Notes: generated from the letters alone by a model not told the origin. DNA of 64,000 nt from Methanobacteriota archaeon (GCA_002719815.1 PBET01000024.1:3393-67392), one strand, 5' to 3'. Shown: positions 1-9,787, counted from the first letter of the stretch. A program made the numbers and translations.

Positions 1-1
1 T

Positions 2-667
2 ATTGCTCGATTGAAAGAACATGCAACGAAACTGAGAATTGATCATTCACTCATCGATGAACGTTCGATTGTTAAGCACTTGGAACTGAGCCCCCCAGAA
101 TTGAATGAAGGTCTCGTTCGAGTTGATGTTTCAGATTCATCGCACATCACCATCACGTATCGTCCATTCTCAGTTCAAAACGAATGCATAGATGCGATCA
201 CACATCCCAGCCCACGTTGGCCAAAGCGTGTTGCTGGAACAAAGCACGGTGCTTGGTCAGCATACATTGAAGCAAGAAAGGAAGCAGAAAGGAAAGGGGC
301 TGATGTAGCACTACTCGTACATGAATATTCAATTATTGATGGAGATCGATGCTCCCCGATTGTTCTCGATGAAGATGGTGTCGTTTGGATCAGTAATTCA
401 CCACTTGCTGTTGATTCAATCACAATTGAATTGATTCGCCCATTTCTCATCGCTTCAGGTTATCACATCCAAACTGGCCAACTCAACGAACGTCTGGTTG
501 CACGATGTGCCGAATTGGTTGCTGTCGGAACGGGTGTAGGTGTTGTAGGCATTGAGTCAATTGATGATGAACCTGTTGGCGACGATCGATTACGTCTCTT
601 TGAAGCCTGTACTTTAGCGCTCAAACAACTCTACGACATTACAGAACATTGGACCGAGGTGTGGTGA
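2..667 (+). CDS. pabC: Fold-type IV aminotransferase family protein, probable aminodeoxychorismate lyase; 5' end cut by the window edge
   Basis: The frame is open from nt 2, and the track start at 11 is a TTG. The C-terminal half of class IV PLP enzymes is recognisable (GADVALLVHEYSIIDG, VVWISNSPLAVDSITIELIR, AELVAVGTGVGVVGIESID). The stop TGA at 665-667 overlaps ATG 667 of the PabB-like gene. Confidence 0.6.
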   Translation: MARLKEHATKLRIDHSLIDERSIVKHLELSPPELNEGLVRVDVSDSSHITITYRPFSVQNECIDAITHPSPRWPKRVAGTKHGAWSAYIEARKEAERKGADVALLVHEYSIIDGDRCSPIVLDEDGVVWISNSPLAVDSITIELIRPFLIASGYHIQTGQLNERLVARCAELVAVGTGVGVVGIESIDDEPVGDDRLRLFEACTLALKQLYDITEHWTEVW

Positions 668-2865
668 TGAATCCCCTAGACGCTGTTCGGCATTGTCTCA
701 TGGAACATGAACTCTTAGGGGAAGATGCTGCTAATTTTGGTTCACCAGATGAAATCATGCTGGTTTCTGCAGGACCTGTCAGCCATCTCTCTCGCTTCTC
801 ATTACTCTGTGGGCCTTCAACAAAAAGGGTCATCGTCCGACAACCGTCGAGAGAACAAGTACCTGTAGCAAATCCTCATTCACCTTTGGCTGGAGAAATT
901 GATTTGGCCACCAAGTTGCCATTTACATTTGATCGAGAGACGTGGGATGGTTCGTCCTGGAAACCTGATGTGTCGTACACAAGTGCATCGCTTTCAACTG
1001 GATTGAGGAAAATATGTACATGTTCCAACGGGCAATTCAAACCGGATGATTCGACAGATGTCCCCTTCCATGGTCCATTTTGGACGGGCGCATTATCGTA
1101 CAATTTGGTACAAATGACGCAACCATTACGATTACAATATCCTCCAAATGAAGGCGAACTACTCTGCGTATTGTGGGAAATCGAACACTGTATTGTTCAT
1201 GATAAGGAGCGTGATGCGTTGGTTGTTTTATCGACAGATGTTCATTGGAAGGAGAGAGCGAACGAGTGTCTATCCAATGCTCCACTGGAAACAGTTCCTT
1301 TCGATGTTTTGATTGGCGAGAAACCATCTTCAAATTGCACCGATGCCGAACACGAAGAAATTGTCAAAACTGTTCAATCATCAATCGTTGATGGTCAACT
1401 CTACCAACTTAATTACGGTCGTTCATGGGAAGGAGCGGTTTTGACAGAACCATGGGATGTCTTCTGTCATTCAATTGCATCAAATCCTGCCCCATATTCT
1501 GGTTTTTTGCACATGAAAGATGAATCGTTTGCACTCATTTCTGCTTCACCAGAATCACTTCTTGCAACTGAGAAAGGCATCATCACAACAGCTCCGATCA
1601 AAGGGACTGCACCAAGGGGCGCATCAGAGGCCGAGGAGATACTTCTTCGTGAAGATATGATTTCTGATCGTAAGGAACGAGCTGAACATCGAATGCTGGT
1701 TGACCTTATGCGAAACGATGTCGGACGCATCTCAAAGCCAAATCAAGTCTGGGTGGAACGATTTGATGTTGAAGCCTATGCTGAAGTTCAGCATCTCGTT
1801 TCACGAATCAAAGGTCGATTGAACGATGGTATCGATGTTTTTGACGCGATTGAAAACGTATTTCCTGGAGGTTCGATTACAGGATGTCCGAGGACCGTTG
1901 TCTGTGCAGCAATCGATGAATTGGAGCAATACCCTCGCTCGTTTTGGACTGGATCGATGGGTTGGTTCGACCCTTCAACTGGTGATTCATCTTGGAATAT
2001 TTTGATACGAACGGCTGAACTTCACAAAAGGGACGACGGTTGGACATCTAGAGTTACAGCAGGAGGAGGGATTACCATTGAATCAAATCCAAAATCGGAG
2101 GTTGCTGAAGCCAAGTGGAAAGCAAATGGACTCCTACGATCATGTGGTTGGATTGACGACACTGTTCTCGCTTCCCCTGTCAAACATCTTGCCATTCATT
2201 CTCTACCACTCGAAAGCCAGCAATCGAATCACGAAGTTTCATTCTCAATTCATACCGATGAACTTGTGAAGAATGCGGTCTTGTTAATCGATAATTTGGA
2301 CTCATTTACCTACAACATCGCTCACGATATTTGTGGACTTGGCCATCATGTGAACATTGTTTCTGGAAGGGATCATTCACATCACTCCGCTCAGGAACTT
2401 CTCGAAGAATTACAACCATCCCATGTCGTTCTAGGACCGGGGCCAGGATGGCCACAAGACAGTCCCTTGACGATGGATTTCGCAAAGCAAGCACTTGAAG
2501 GCAATACCCCTCCACTTCTCGGGATTTGTCTTGGTCATCAAGCAATAGGTCTTGCATCTGGTCTCGACGTCGCCCCTAGTCCGATTGGACCCGTTCATGG
2601 CACACCCGTCAAGTGTTTACACGAAGGAAATGGTTTGTTTGAAGGCTTAGATGAACTATCGGTGACCCGTTACAATTCCTTAACATTGTTGACAGTTGAA
2701 TGTCAAGGACATGATAGCATTGTTATTGATGCAACCGATGACACGAAGTCGCTTGTTCTTGGCCTTCGCTCAACACAAGCATCCGTCTTTGGCGTACAAT
2801 TCCATCCAGAATCGGTTGGCAGTCAATCAGGTGTACAAATCCTGTCAAGATTTCTTGAATATTGA
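667..2865 (+). CDS. pabB: Aminodeoxychorismate (or anthranilate-type) synthase, component I fused to a C-terminal class-I glutamine amidotransferase
   Basis: Chorismate-binding motifs are present (SPESLL, IKGTAPRG, SDRKERAEHRMLVDLMRND, FPGGSITGCPR, FWTGSMGWF). These are followed by GATase motifs (LLIDNLDSFTYNI, GICLGHQAI, QFHPES). The likely start is ATG 667; the track start at 649 is TTG. Confidence 0.85.
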   Translation: MNPLDAVRHCLMEHELLGEDAANFGSPDEIMLVSAGPVSHLSRFSLLCGPSTKRVIVRQPSREQVPVANPHSPLAGEIDLATKLPFTFDRETWDGSSWKPDVSYTSASLSTGLRKICTCSNGQFKPDDSTDVPFHGPFWTGALSYNLVQMTQPLRLQYPPNEGELLCVLWEIEHCIVHDKERDALVVLSTDVHWKERANECLSNAPLETVPFDVLIGEKPSSNCTDAEHEEIVKTVQSSIVDGQLYQLNYGRSWEGAVLTEPWDVFCHSIASNPAPYSGFLHMKDESFALISASPESLLATEKGIITTAPIKGTAPRGASEAEEILLREDMISDRKERAEHRMLVDLMRNDVGRISKPNQVWVERFDVEAYAEVQHLVSRIKGRLNDGIDVFDAIENVFPGGSITGCPRTVVCAAIDELEQYPRSFWTGSMGWFDPSTGDSSWNILIRTAELHKRDDGWTSRVTAGGGITIESNPKSEVAEAKWKANGLLRSCGWIDDTVLASPVKHLAIHSLPLESQQSNHEVSFSIHTDELVKNAVLLIDNLDSFTYNIAHDICGLGHHVNIVSGRDHSHHSAQELLEELQPSHVVLGPGPGWPQDSPLTMDFAKQALEGNTPPLLGICLGHQAIGLASGLDVAPSPIGPVHGTPVKCLHEGNGLFEGLDELSVTRYNSLTLLTVECQGHDSIVIDATDDTKSLVLGLRSTQASVFGVQFHPESVGSQSGVQILSRFLEY

Positions 2866-2914
2866 GCGCATGGTTGAAATGACGGCAGTATTTGGGTAGG
2901 AATGAGGGAAGAAG

Positions 2915-3301
2915 ATGCCAGTCTGTCGACTCTGTTCTGGAACCTATCCACGCGAATTCTTCATTCATGGGAATGGACCAAAAACACAGGTCTGTGCACG
3001 ATGTGGTGTTGAGCACGGTTATATCAGTAAAGATGAGGCAACAAATCTCTACGATGATACACTGAAGTCTTCACGTCTCAGCACTGTTACTCGCCGATAT
3101 CGGCCCTTCCTCTACCTCACAGTTCTGTGGACGATTTACATCACAACAGTTCGAAGTATTGACCCATGGGGCTGGTACATGCTGATTATGCTCGCAATTC
3201 TAACACTCGCTTCAATTGTGCTCTTTTTCACCAGTGCTGCAAAGTTTTCCAGCACACTTGCTCGGCTAACGCCTGATTTTGAGCGCCCAAAAGGCCATTG
3301 A
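2915..3301 (+). CDS. Small membrane protein with an N-terminal CxxC...CxxC zinc ribbon and 2 predicted TM helices
   Basis: The N-terminus reads MPVCRLCSG...VCARCG, followed by two hydrophobic stretches (FLYLTVLWTIYITTV, YMLIMLAILTLASIVLFF). Confidence 0.4.
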   Translation: MPVCRLCSGTYPREFFIHGNGPKTQVCARCGVEHGYISKDEATNLYDDTLKSSRLSTVTRRYRPFLYLTVLWTIYITTVRSIDPWGWYMLIMLAILTLASIVLFFTSAAKFSSTLARLTPDFERPKGH

Positions 3302-3304
3302 GAT

Positions 3305-4600
3305 TCACTTTGAATGAATCCTTAGAACGTCTCCATCGGAGAGTTCATGTTCAGCCCCAACGATTCGTCGTGTACGTCCATCAACACCTTTGATGAAACC
3401 ATCTCCGAGATCGGAGTGCACTTTGTATGCCACTTGTTTGGCTTGGATACCATTCTGAACCACAAAAGCATCAGGCAATACGTTACCATCCCCATCGGTC
3501 CAATGGGTTTCATCTTGGACAGGATAAACAACAATACGATCGAGTTCCTCAAAAAGAACCTGATCAAGAAGATTGGTCAATCCAGTTCCTTGTAATTTAT
3601 TCAAACGTTCACCAAGAACCGACATGCCTTTCATTTGCGCATCGTTCATCGGCTGATTTTGATTTAATTCAAATGAAGTTGAACCGGGTGTATAGGAAAT
3701 AAATCCTGCCTTGCTCGCTTGACGGAGCGCTAATTCTGTTTCTGCCGAGCACGGTGTAAATTGATCGAGTGTGGCTTGAAGGTGGTCGAGTACACCATCA
3801 GGGGCCATGTCCGCTTTGTTCCCTGCAATAAAGATAGGAAACAACTGCTTCCTCAATGAAGAGGCAAGGAGAATCAGTACATCATCGGACCAATCCCATG
3901 GAGATGTCATGTCGCTATGGAGTTGGGTGAATGCATCAAAGGCGCGTTGACACGTGGAATCTGTTGCTCCCAATCCGGATAGGCGCTCTTGCAGGAATTG
4001 AGTGAATCCCTTCACACCTTCGGCTTGAATTCGACGAGCGCCGCGAGACCAGCCCTCTTTGACAAGCCCTAGAATCCATGCATCAAGTTCCTCTGTAAGG
4101 AAGGTGATTTCTGCAAGTGCTTGTTCAATCGCTTGTTCTTTTGTTGCTTTCAATCCTGTTGGATTTCCTTCAGCATCGGTTGTTCCTGCAACATCAATGA
4201 CCTGAATCAATGCATCGCATTCTGCTAAATCGGACAAGAAAGCATTCCCTCGGCCTCGTCCTTCACTTGCTCCAGGAACCAAGCCTGCAACATCGACCAA
4301 CATGCAAGGAACGTATCGCCTGTGCCCTTCACAAGAGCCTGTGCGTGGTGTGCAGATACTGCCTCCACGATCATCACTGAGTTGGCTACGACCGTCTTGT
4401 TCAAGTCGCTCTCGTAGGGACATACAGGGGCAAGGTTCTCGACTTGGAACAAAGGAAAATCCAACGTTTGGTTCAATCGTACAAAACGGATAATTTGCAA
4501 TATCGACTGGAATCAATGTCGATGCTGCAAAGAAAGTCGATTTGCCGACGTTTGGTTTACCAACCAATCCAATTCGCACGGTTTGACCGCCTCGCTTCAC
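3305..4600 (-). CDS. Obg-family GTPase (YchF/DRG-like) with C-terminal TGS-like domain
   Basis: G1 is GLVGKPNVGKST, G3 is DVAGLVPGASEGRGRGNAFL and G4 is AGNKADM. The C-terminus GDVLRIHSK is TGS-like. The GTG start overlaps the upstream stop (GTGA at 4597-4600). A Cys-rich insert (PCPCMS...ICTPRTGSCEGH) lies between G2 and G3. Confidence 0.8.
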   Translation of the reverse strand: MKRGGQTVRIGLVGKPNVGKSTFFAASTLIPVDIANYPFCTIEPNVGFSFVPSREPCPCMSLRERLEQDGRSQLSDDRGGSICTPRTGSCEGHRRYVPCMLVDVAGLVPGASEGRGRGNAFLSDLAECDALIQVIDVAGTTDAEGNPTGLKATKEQAIEQALAEITFLTEELDAWILGLVKEGWSRGARRIQAEGVKGFTQFLQERLSGLGATDSTCQRAFDAFTQLHSDMTSPWDWSDDVLILLASSLRKQLFPIFIAGNKADMAPDGVLDHLQATLDQFTPCSAETELALRQASKAGFISYTPGSTSFELNQNQPMNDAQMKGMSVLGERLNKLQGTGLTNLLDQVLFEELDRIVVYPVQDETHWTDGDGNVLPDAFVVQNGIQAKQVAYKVHSDLGDGFIKGVDGRTRRIVGAEHELSDGDVLRIHSK

Positions 4601-6558
4601 TCTTCTTCGACGACACCAGAGCGTACTCGTGCAATGGCGATGTCAAGTTCTGGGAGGTTGACTCGACCGTCTCCGTCAAGATCGATGAATTCCATGAGAC
4701 GTGCGATATCCCATGGAGGCAAATCTGCAATGTCTGTACTTCGTAGTGCCTGCTGGAGTTCATAGCCATCGATAAGGCCAGAGTCATCCAAATCGATTGA
4801 ACGGAAGAATTCAAAGATGCTCATGTCCTTCTTTGCGAGATAGTCTGACAGCATCTCAAGTTCATTCTTTTCAACTGGGAATTCATCAACTTCATCGTTG
4901 TGGAGGGTTGATGAAACTTCGATAATGGTCATTCCGCCATCGTCTTCAACATCGGCTCCAACGACCAAAACGGTATCGACACCAACGCCGCGTTGCAAGA
5001 GCTTTCGAATCGAAGATTCACCACGTTGCATGGAATAACGACTGATGTCCGAGGTTGTCGAAACGGTTGTATCGACTTTCATTCCTCCAATGGATGTTCG
5101 AATGAGATTCAAGAACAAGAGAATGACACCAATCGAAGCGAAGTAGAAGAGAACGGATGCGGTTAAACTGAATCCACCATCTGTCATGACCACGTCTTCA
5201 CTACCGGAATCGAGAAGTGCTTTTTCGGTGAAGTCACCCATCAACTTCGCAACTGTCGAAGTGACGGCACCAAAGGCGATGAGCATGGTTGACAGGGATG
5301 CAGATGATGAGGATGCGAGTTTACGGCCGCCTGCTAATGGATAGGATTCTGCGACACAGGCGACGGCCATAAGTCCGCCAACAGTCCACATGAAACCAAC
5401 ATCAACGGTTGTGGCCATGTCATTCAGTGCGCCAAGGCCAATGAACACGTCAAGTGAAGTGAAGTATCCTCCAATTGCATACAGTGGGAAGAAGACCATT
5501 GCAAGCGTTGCCGCTAATGCGCCTGGTCGAGATACAACACCTGTTGCATTGCCAAGCGAGGTCATGATGATGTTCACCGAACCTGCCATAATTGGCAAGA
5601 GGGCAAGCGTCATGAGGATGGCCCCGAGATTCTCGAGGAGTGTCCCAGCATCAGCCGATGATAGCATGAATGGAGGCAAGGTGAAGAAGAGAAGAAGAAG
5701 GCTTGCCTTCGTCATTGAATCGGACCAAATCGGGCGACTTGCTGCTCGAGGAACTACGTGATATGCAACCGAGAAGATAAGGGCGATAAGCGCCCAAGAT
5801 TGTGTCATTCGCTCTCCGAGCCAAACTGTTTGGGTTGAGTCAGCCAGTTCCCCAAAGAATCGGAATTGTGAACCGAAGATGAACGATGCAAGAGCCATGA
5901 ACATGAACCAGTTGCTTGCTGAGATGATGTCGCCCTTTCGTTGTGCCACTGTTAGGAGAACGTTGATCATCACTGCAATGATGATAAATGAGCGCAATGC
6001 ATGCATGAAGAGGTCTTGAATAAGGGCTTCATTTGCGGCTGTTAAATCGATAACAAGGCCAAGGATTGTTGGTAGAAGCATCGATGAAATGGTGAGGACT
6101 GAAAACAACAATCCAGTCAAACTGGCATTGGCTTCGCTTGCGAGACGGCCTGCTCCTGCTCGTGCTGCAGCAACCAAGCCACCGCCGACGAGAATCGAAA
6201 TTAGACCAGTCATCAAGGTCACATCAACGAATGTAGCCAACGCGCTTCCATCGTCATATTCCCATCCAATGCTTGCGAGCGAATCGAGGGCTGTAGCATC
6301 ATAATCGTGCCATAGTGCGAGGAATGTGCCGATTGCTGCAAAAGTTAGCCAGATCATTCCAAGGTTCATCCACGTCTTCGATCCACTTCCTTTGTCATCG
6401 TTGAAGAGATCAACAATTCCAGCTGGTGCTTTGTTGAGCAGAAAAAGGCCAAATTGACGCATCGGTTCGGCCATGTTTCCAATCCCACGTTGAAGATAGA
6501 ACGTAGCAAAACCAACCACCGTGAAGAAGAAGAAAAGTGCGATAAATACTGCATCCAT
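4597..6558 (-). CDS. Polytopic membrane protein (at least 12 hydrophobic segments) with a C-terminal pair of canonical EF-hand Ca-binding loops
   Basis: The EF loops DLDDSGLIDGYE (nt 4759-4794) and DLDGDGRVNLPE (nt 4648-4683) both fit the 12-residue D-x-D-x-[DS]-G-x-[IV]-[DN]-x-x-E pattern. The N-terminal roughly 480 aa are strongly hydrophobic. Confidence 0.7.
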   Translation of the reverse strand: MDAVFIALFFFFTVVGFATFYLQRGIGNMAEPMRQFGLFLLNKAPAGIVDLFNDDKGSGSKTWMNLGMIWLTFAAIGTFLALWHDYDATALDSLASIGWEYDDGSALATFVDVTLMTGLISILVGGGLVAAARAGAGRLASEANASLTGLLFSVLTISSMLLPTILGLVIDLTAANEALIQDLFMHALRSFIIIAVMINVLLTVAQRKGDIISASNWFMFMALASFIFGSQFRFFGELADSTQTVWLGERMTQSWALIALIFSVAYHVVPRAASRPIWSDSMTKASLLLLFFTLPPFMLSSADAGTLLENLGAILMTLALLPIMAGSVNIIMTSLGNATGVVSRPGALAATLAMVFFPLYAIGGYFTSLDVFIGLGALNDMATTVDVGFMWTVGGLMAVACVAESYPLAGGRKLASSSSASLSTMLIAFGAVTSTVAKLMGDFTEKALLDSGSEDVVMTDGGFSLTASVLFYFASIGVILLFLNLIRTSIGGMKVDTTVSTTSDISRYSMQRGESSIRKLLQRGVGVDTVLVVGADVEDDGGMTIIEVSSTLHNDEVDEFPVEKNELEMLSDYLAKKDMSIFEFFRSIDLDDSGLIDGYELQQALRSTDIADLPPWDIARLMEFIDLDGDGRVNLPELDIAIARVRSGVVEEE

Positions 6559-6568
6559 TCATATCACC

Positions 6569-6841
6569 TCAATCTGCTAGGACCTCGCCTGCCAGTGTCG
6601 ATACAATCGCTCCAAGTCCAATGATGAAACCAAGCAGGTAGTACCAAATTCCTGAACCTCCAAGATTGGACATCAGTGGCACGATGTCGCCGATAACCGG
6701 GATGTTATCCCAGCCGAAGATGGTGCTGAAAAGACCAAACATTCCGATGGTTACAACCGAAAGCAAAACAAGAATAATTCGGCTTGATGATGGTTCTGCA
6801 GTTCCGATGACTGCATCAGGGAGTTCTGTGCTATTCGACAT
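6569..6841 (-). CDS. Small 2-TM membrane protein
   Basis: This is a 90-aa ORF with two long hydrophobic segments. It sits immediately upstream of, and co-oriented with, the EF-hand membrane protein. Confidence 0.4.
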   Translation of the reverse strand: MSNSTELPDAVIGTAEPSSSRIILVLLSVVTIGMFGLFSTIFGWDNIPVIGDIVPLMSNLGGSGIWYYLLGFIIGLGAIVSTLAGEVLAD

Positions 6842-6941
6842 ACCTTGACCTCATGCGTCCAAGATGGACATGCCTGCGACTCAAAGCGCGGTGATAAACA
6901 TTCACCAAGAGCATCATTGAACCGCTCAATAACTCGGCTAT

Positions 6942-8108
6942 TCACGGCGAGCGAAGAATGTTGGTAAGAGAACCACGTCTTGGCATTGAAGTTCCAAGTG
7001 GGACCGGAATGGTTCTGTCATTCATTAACTCCTGATTCCATTGATTTTTGCAGACACAATCCAATCCTTGAAACTCATCCAGTGAACCAGAAACAGCATA
7101 ACGCTCGATCGCTGCAACAACTTCAGCATCGCATTCTCCACAATTGTGAGAGCCACGTATCTTTCCACCGGCAGTTGGATGGATAATCAAACGAGAAATT
7201 TGATCATCATCTCCATTCATTCCGCCATTTGGATGGACGATGTGGTGACTCTGTTGAATGAGTTCGACCAAGGACCAAAGCCAGGGAGGGCGATATTCAC
7301 GATGGCGATGAAGTCGATCGATAACAGTCCCTCGCTGGATGTTCATTGGATTGATGGAAATCTCATCGCTCTGTTCTGCAACAGCTTCAATCCACTTTAC
7401 ACAATGATCGAGTGCATCAGCTTCGCTCATAAACGGGGGTTTGAACATCAAATAGGTCTTGACTCGGAGATTGAATTTCTTGAGGCGTTCGACTGCTCGA
7501 TCCCACGATGCTGCAGAAAATCCTTTGTTCACGTGAAATCGTAGGACTTCATCATCGTAGGCTTCCAAGCCAATCGCTACCGTAAAATTTGGATTGATTG
7601 ATGTGGCCCAAGCCAATTTCTCTTCAGTTAGTTGTTCGGTTCGACTCTCGACAATGAGTTCCTTTCCAAGTTCGAAACAATCTCGTAAGACCGTTTCTTG
7701 GAAATCAACCGGGATTTCTCGATCTTCAAGCAACGAACCAGATGTGTAAACCTTGACCATCGATTGGCCTTCAAAATTAGAAAATTTATCCTTCGCGTGT
7801 TGCCATTGCGCATGAAGATCTTCGCTTGTGACATCATCGCGTGTATCGTTAAAATAGCCACAAAATGTACAACCTGAGGACCACCACCAATGGCAACCTT
7901 TGGTCCGAAGAATAACCGTAACCGCTGAGCAGGGTTCACCTTCAGTCGTCATCTCTGGTGTGGAATACACCGTTGCAGGAAACGATGCATCCCATGATTG
8001 TTGACGTTCTTTTGCCCATGGCGTATTTGCAGGGGCTTTGACGAGATCGTGGATTTTGAGGCTCTTTGAGGAATCCCCTAACATCGTAAGAGGTTTCTTC
8101 GATGACAA
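6942..8108 (-). CDS. Radical-SAM-related protein of the TIGR01210 / RaSEA-like (archaeosine biosynthesis) type
   Basis: The Cys cluster GCHWWWSSGCTFCGYFND is followed by a TIM-barrel-like alternating pattern. The assignment is from memory of the family motif. The track start is TTG 8108; an alternative ATG lies at 8084. Confidence 0.5.
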   Translation of the reverse strand: MSSKKPLTMLGDSSKSLKIHDLVKAPANTPWAKERQQSWDASFPATVYSTPEMTTEGEPCSAVTVILRTKGCHWWWSSGCTFCGYFNDTRDDVTSEDLHAQWQHAKDKFSNFEGQSMVKVYTSGSLLEDREIPVDFQETVLRDCFELGKELIVESRTEQLTEEKLAWATSINPNFTVAIGLEAYDDEVLRFHVNKGFSAASWDRAVERLKKFNLRVKTYLMFKPPFMSEADALDHCVKWIEAVAEQSDEISINPMNIQRGTVIDRLHRHREYRPPWLWSLVELIQQSHHIVHPNGGMNGDDDQISRLIIHPTAGGKIRGSHNCGECDAEVVAAIERYAVSGSLDEFQGLDCVCKNQWNQELMNDRTIPVPLGTSMPRRGSLTNILRSP

Positions 8109-8120
8109 TCTAGCAACCCC

Positions 8121-8975
8121 TTATTCTTCTTCGGAAATTCTTCGAAAGAGAATATCCGAACCCGCTTTAACAAACTGGCCTTTTGGATGCTGAGGATGGT
8201 TGTCTTCTGCAGAGATGACTTGAGGCTCATAGAGTGCTGCAGGAACTCGAACATCGACTCGGCTGCCGAGACGGATCATTCCGTAACGCTCGCCTCTTCG
8301 AAGTGTATCTCCAATCCCTTTCCAAGGAACAATCGTTCGAGCAAGCGCACCCGATATTTGCATGACTTCAGTGCGCTCTCCATCCTCTGCTTCGAAAACA
8401 GTACGGACACGTTCATTGTATTCGCTTTCTTTGCGATAGGCAGGCGCAAAGGGGCCGCGACGACGTCCTTTGCCCGTTCGATGTTCCATTGCAATAATCC
8501 TCGCTGAACGTGGCGCTCGGTTGACGTGAACGTCAAGAGGTGACATGAAGATGGCAACACGCCAAACATCTGAGTCATGAAGCGTTCCTTCCACGGGCTC
8601 GAATCGCTGTTCGGTTTCAAAGGTTAGAGGATTGTCACATGCTTGAGGATACCAGTCGCCCGTATGCTCATCGGTCTCAATGCTCTGCTCATCTCGCTCA
8701 GTTTGCGATGGTCGACGACCATTGGCTCGCTCACGACGAACAAACATCACGTGTCCATCTGCAGGTGAGACCAAAATGCCTGAATCTTGAGGAATTGGGC
8801 GATCAGGATCTCGCCAGAAATTAGCAAAGAAAACTGCAACCATCAAACAAAGAACGCCTAGGAGCGGTAACAGTCCATTCAATGAGTCAAGATAGATGCC
8901 GCCAACAAGAATTGCAACACCTGCAAGAGCGAAGGTTGCTACTGGAGCATGACCTCCCTGAGCAAGGCCTGCCAA
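8121..8975 (-). CDS. psd: Phosphatidylserine (archaetidylserine) decarboxylase-like proenzyme
   Basis: An N-terminal TM region is followed by VSPADGHV, LDVHVNRAP and the self-cleavage-type motif LGSRVDV. Confidence 0.7.
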   Translation of the reverse strand: MAGLAQGGHAPVATFALAGVAILVGGIYLDSLNGLLPLLGVLCLMVAVFFANFWRDPDRPIPQDSGILVSPADGHVMFVRRERANGRRPSQTERDEQSIETDEHTGDWYPQACDNPLTFETEQRFEPVEGTLHDSDVWRVAIFMSPLDVHVNRAPRSARIIAMEHRTGKGRRRGPFAPAYRKESEYNERVRTVFEAEDGERTEVMQISGALARTIVPWKGIGDTLRRGERYGMIRLGSRVDVRVPAALYEPQVISAEDNHPQHPKGQFVKAGSDILFRRISEEE

Positions 8976-8986
8976 GATGGTTCACC

Positions 8987-9787
8987 TCAGTTGTCAGCCC
9001 ATGGGTCGACATCGGAGTTCCAGGTTGCATCTGCTTCAGCGGGTTCTTCCGCTTCTTCAGCAGGTTCCTCTGCTTCTTCTGCGACCTCTTCTGAATCCTC
9101 TGATGTTTCTTCTGGGGCTTCTTCTTCGGCTGGCTCTTCGACAGCTTCTTCTTCCGAAGGTGCTTCTTCAACAACGCCTTCTTCAATGAGTGCTTCAGCT
9201 TCCTCGACGGTCATTTCAGCAGCACGTGCTTCGACCATCTCATCCATACGTTCTGTGAACGCTCGAGACATGTGTTGAGATTCTCGTTCGGCTTCAACCG
9301 CACGCTCGATCATCTCATAACGTTCCTTAATGGCCTTGTTGAGGTCTTCAAAGAGTGTCATGTGAGCAACATACCAATCATCACGAGCCTTCATTTCAGT
9401 AACTGCGAGTTTCAAATCATTGTCAAGTTCTTCCGCAATTCCAAACACTTTCCCAAGACGATCTTTCTCTCGAGAATACTTCTCTTCCATTGTTTGGAGA
9501 GCAGGTTCCAAATGCTCAACACGCTTGTCTGCTTTTGTAGCCTTCATCTCAAGTTCACGAATACGGAAATCTTTCTCCGCGATAAGTGATTCTTGCGCTT
9601 CACGCTCAATCTCTTTGTCGATAATTTCTTTTTCGAGAACTTCGATCTCTGCTCGTGCATCAACAAGTTCCTTTTCTTGTGTTTCATACGCTGCAAAGAG
9701 TTTCTTCAGACGGTCTGTTTCAGTGGCGAGTGCCTCTTCAAGCTGGCCGATTCGAACTTCGGGAGTGATGGTTCCTTCTTCACTCAT
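8987..9787 (-). CDS. Coiled-coil protein with an extremely acidic E/A/P-rich C-terminal tail
   Basis: Heptad-like E/K/L-rich sequence runs for about 190 aa. It is followed by EEAPSEEEAVEEPAEEEAPEE... and ends ATWNSDVDPWADN. Confidence 0.5.
   Translation of the reverse strand: MSEEGTITPEVRIGQLEEALATETDRLKKLFAAYETQEKELVDARAEIEVLEKEIIDKEIEREAQESLIAEKDFRIRELEMKATKADKRVEHLEPALQTMEEKYSREKDRLGKVFGIAEELDNDLKLAVTEMKARDDWYVAHMTLFEDLNKAIKERYEMIERAVEAERESQHMSRAFTERMDEMVEARAAEMTVEEAEALIEEGVVEEAPSEEEAVEEPAEEEAPEETSEDSEEVAEEAEEPAEEAEEPAEADATWNSDVDPWADN

Noticed and set aside
1281-1292. A second ORB-like sequence, TCCACTGGAAAC (minus strand GTTTCCAGTGGA).
   Set aside because: It lies inside the conserved PabB-like coding sequence (codons for PLET), has no G-string and no partner sites. 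A 10-mer match by chance in 128 kb of two-strand sequence is not negligible.
8887-9278. Several 70-109-aa ORFs on both strands (8949-9278 +, 8977-9189 +, 8887-9186 -) with Ser/Ala-rich or Lys-rich translations.
   Set aside because: They are mirror or alternative frames of the GAA/GCT-rich DNA that encodes the acidic tail of the 8987-9787 coiled-coil protein. They are low-complexity artefacts with no independent signal.
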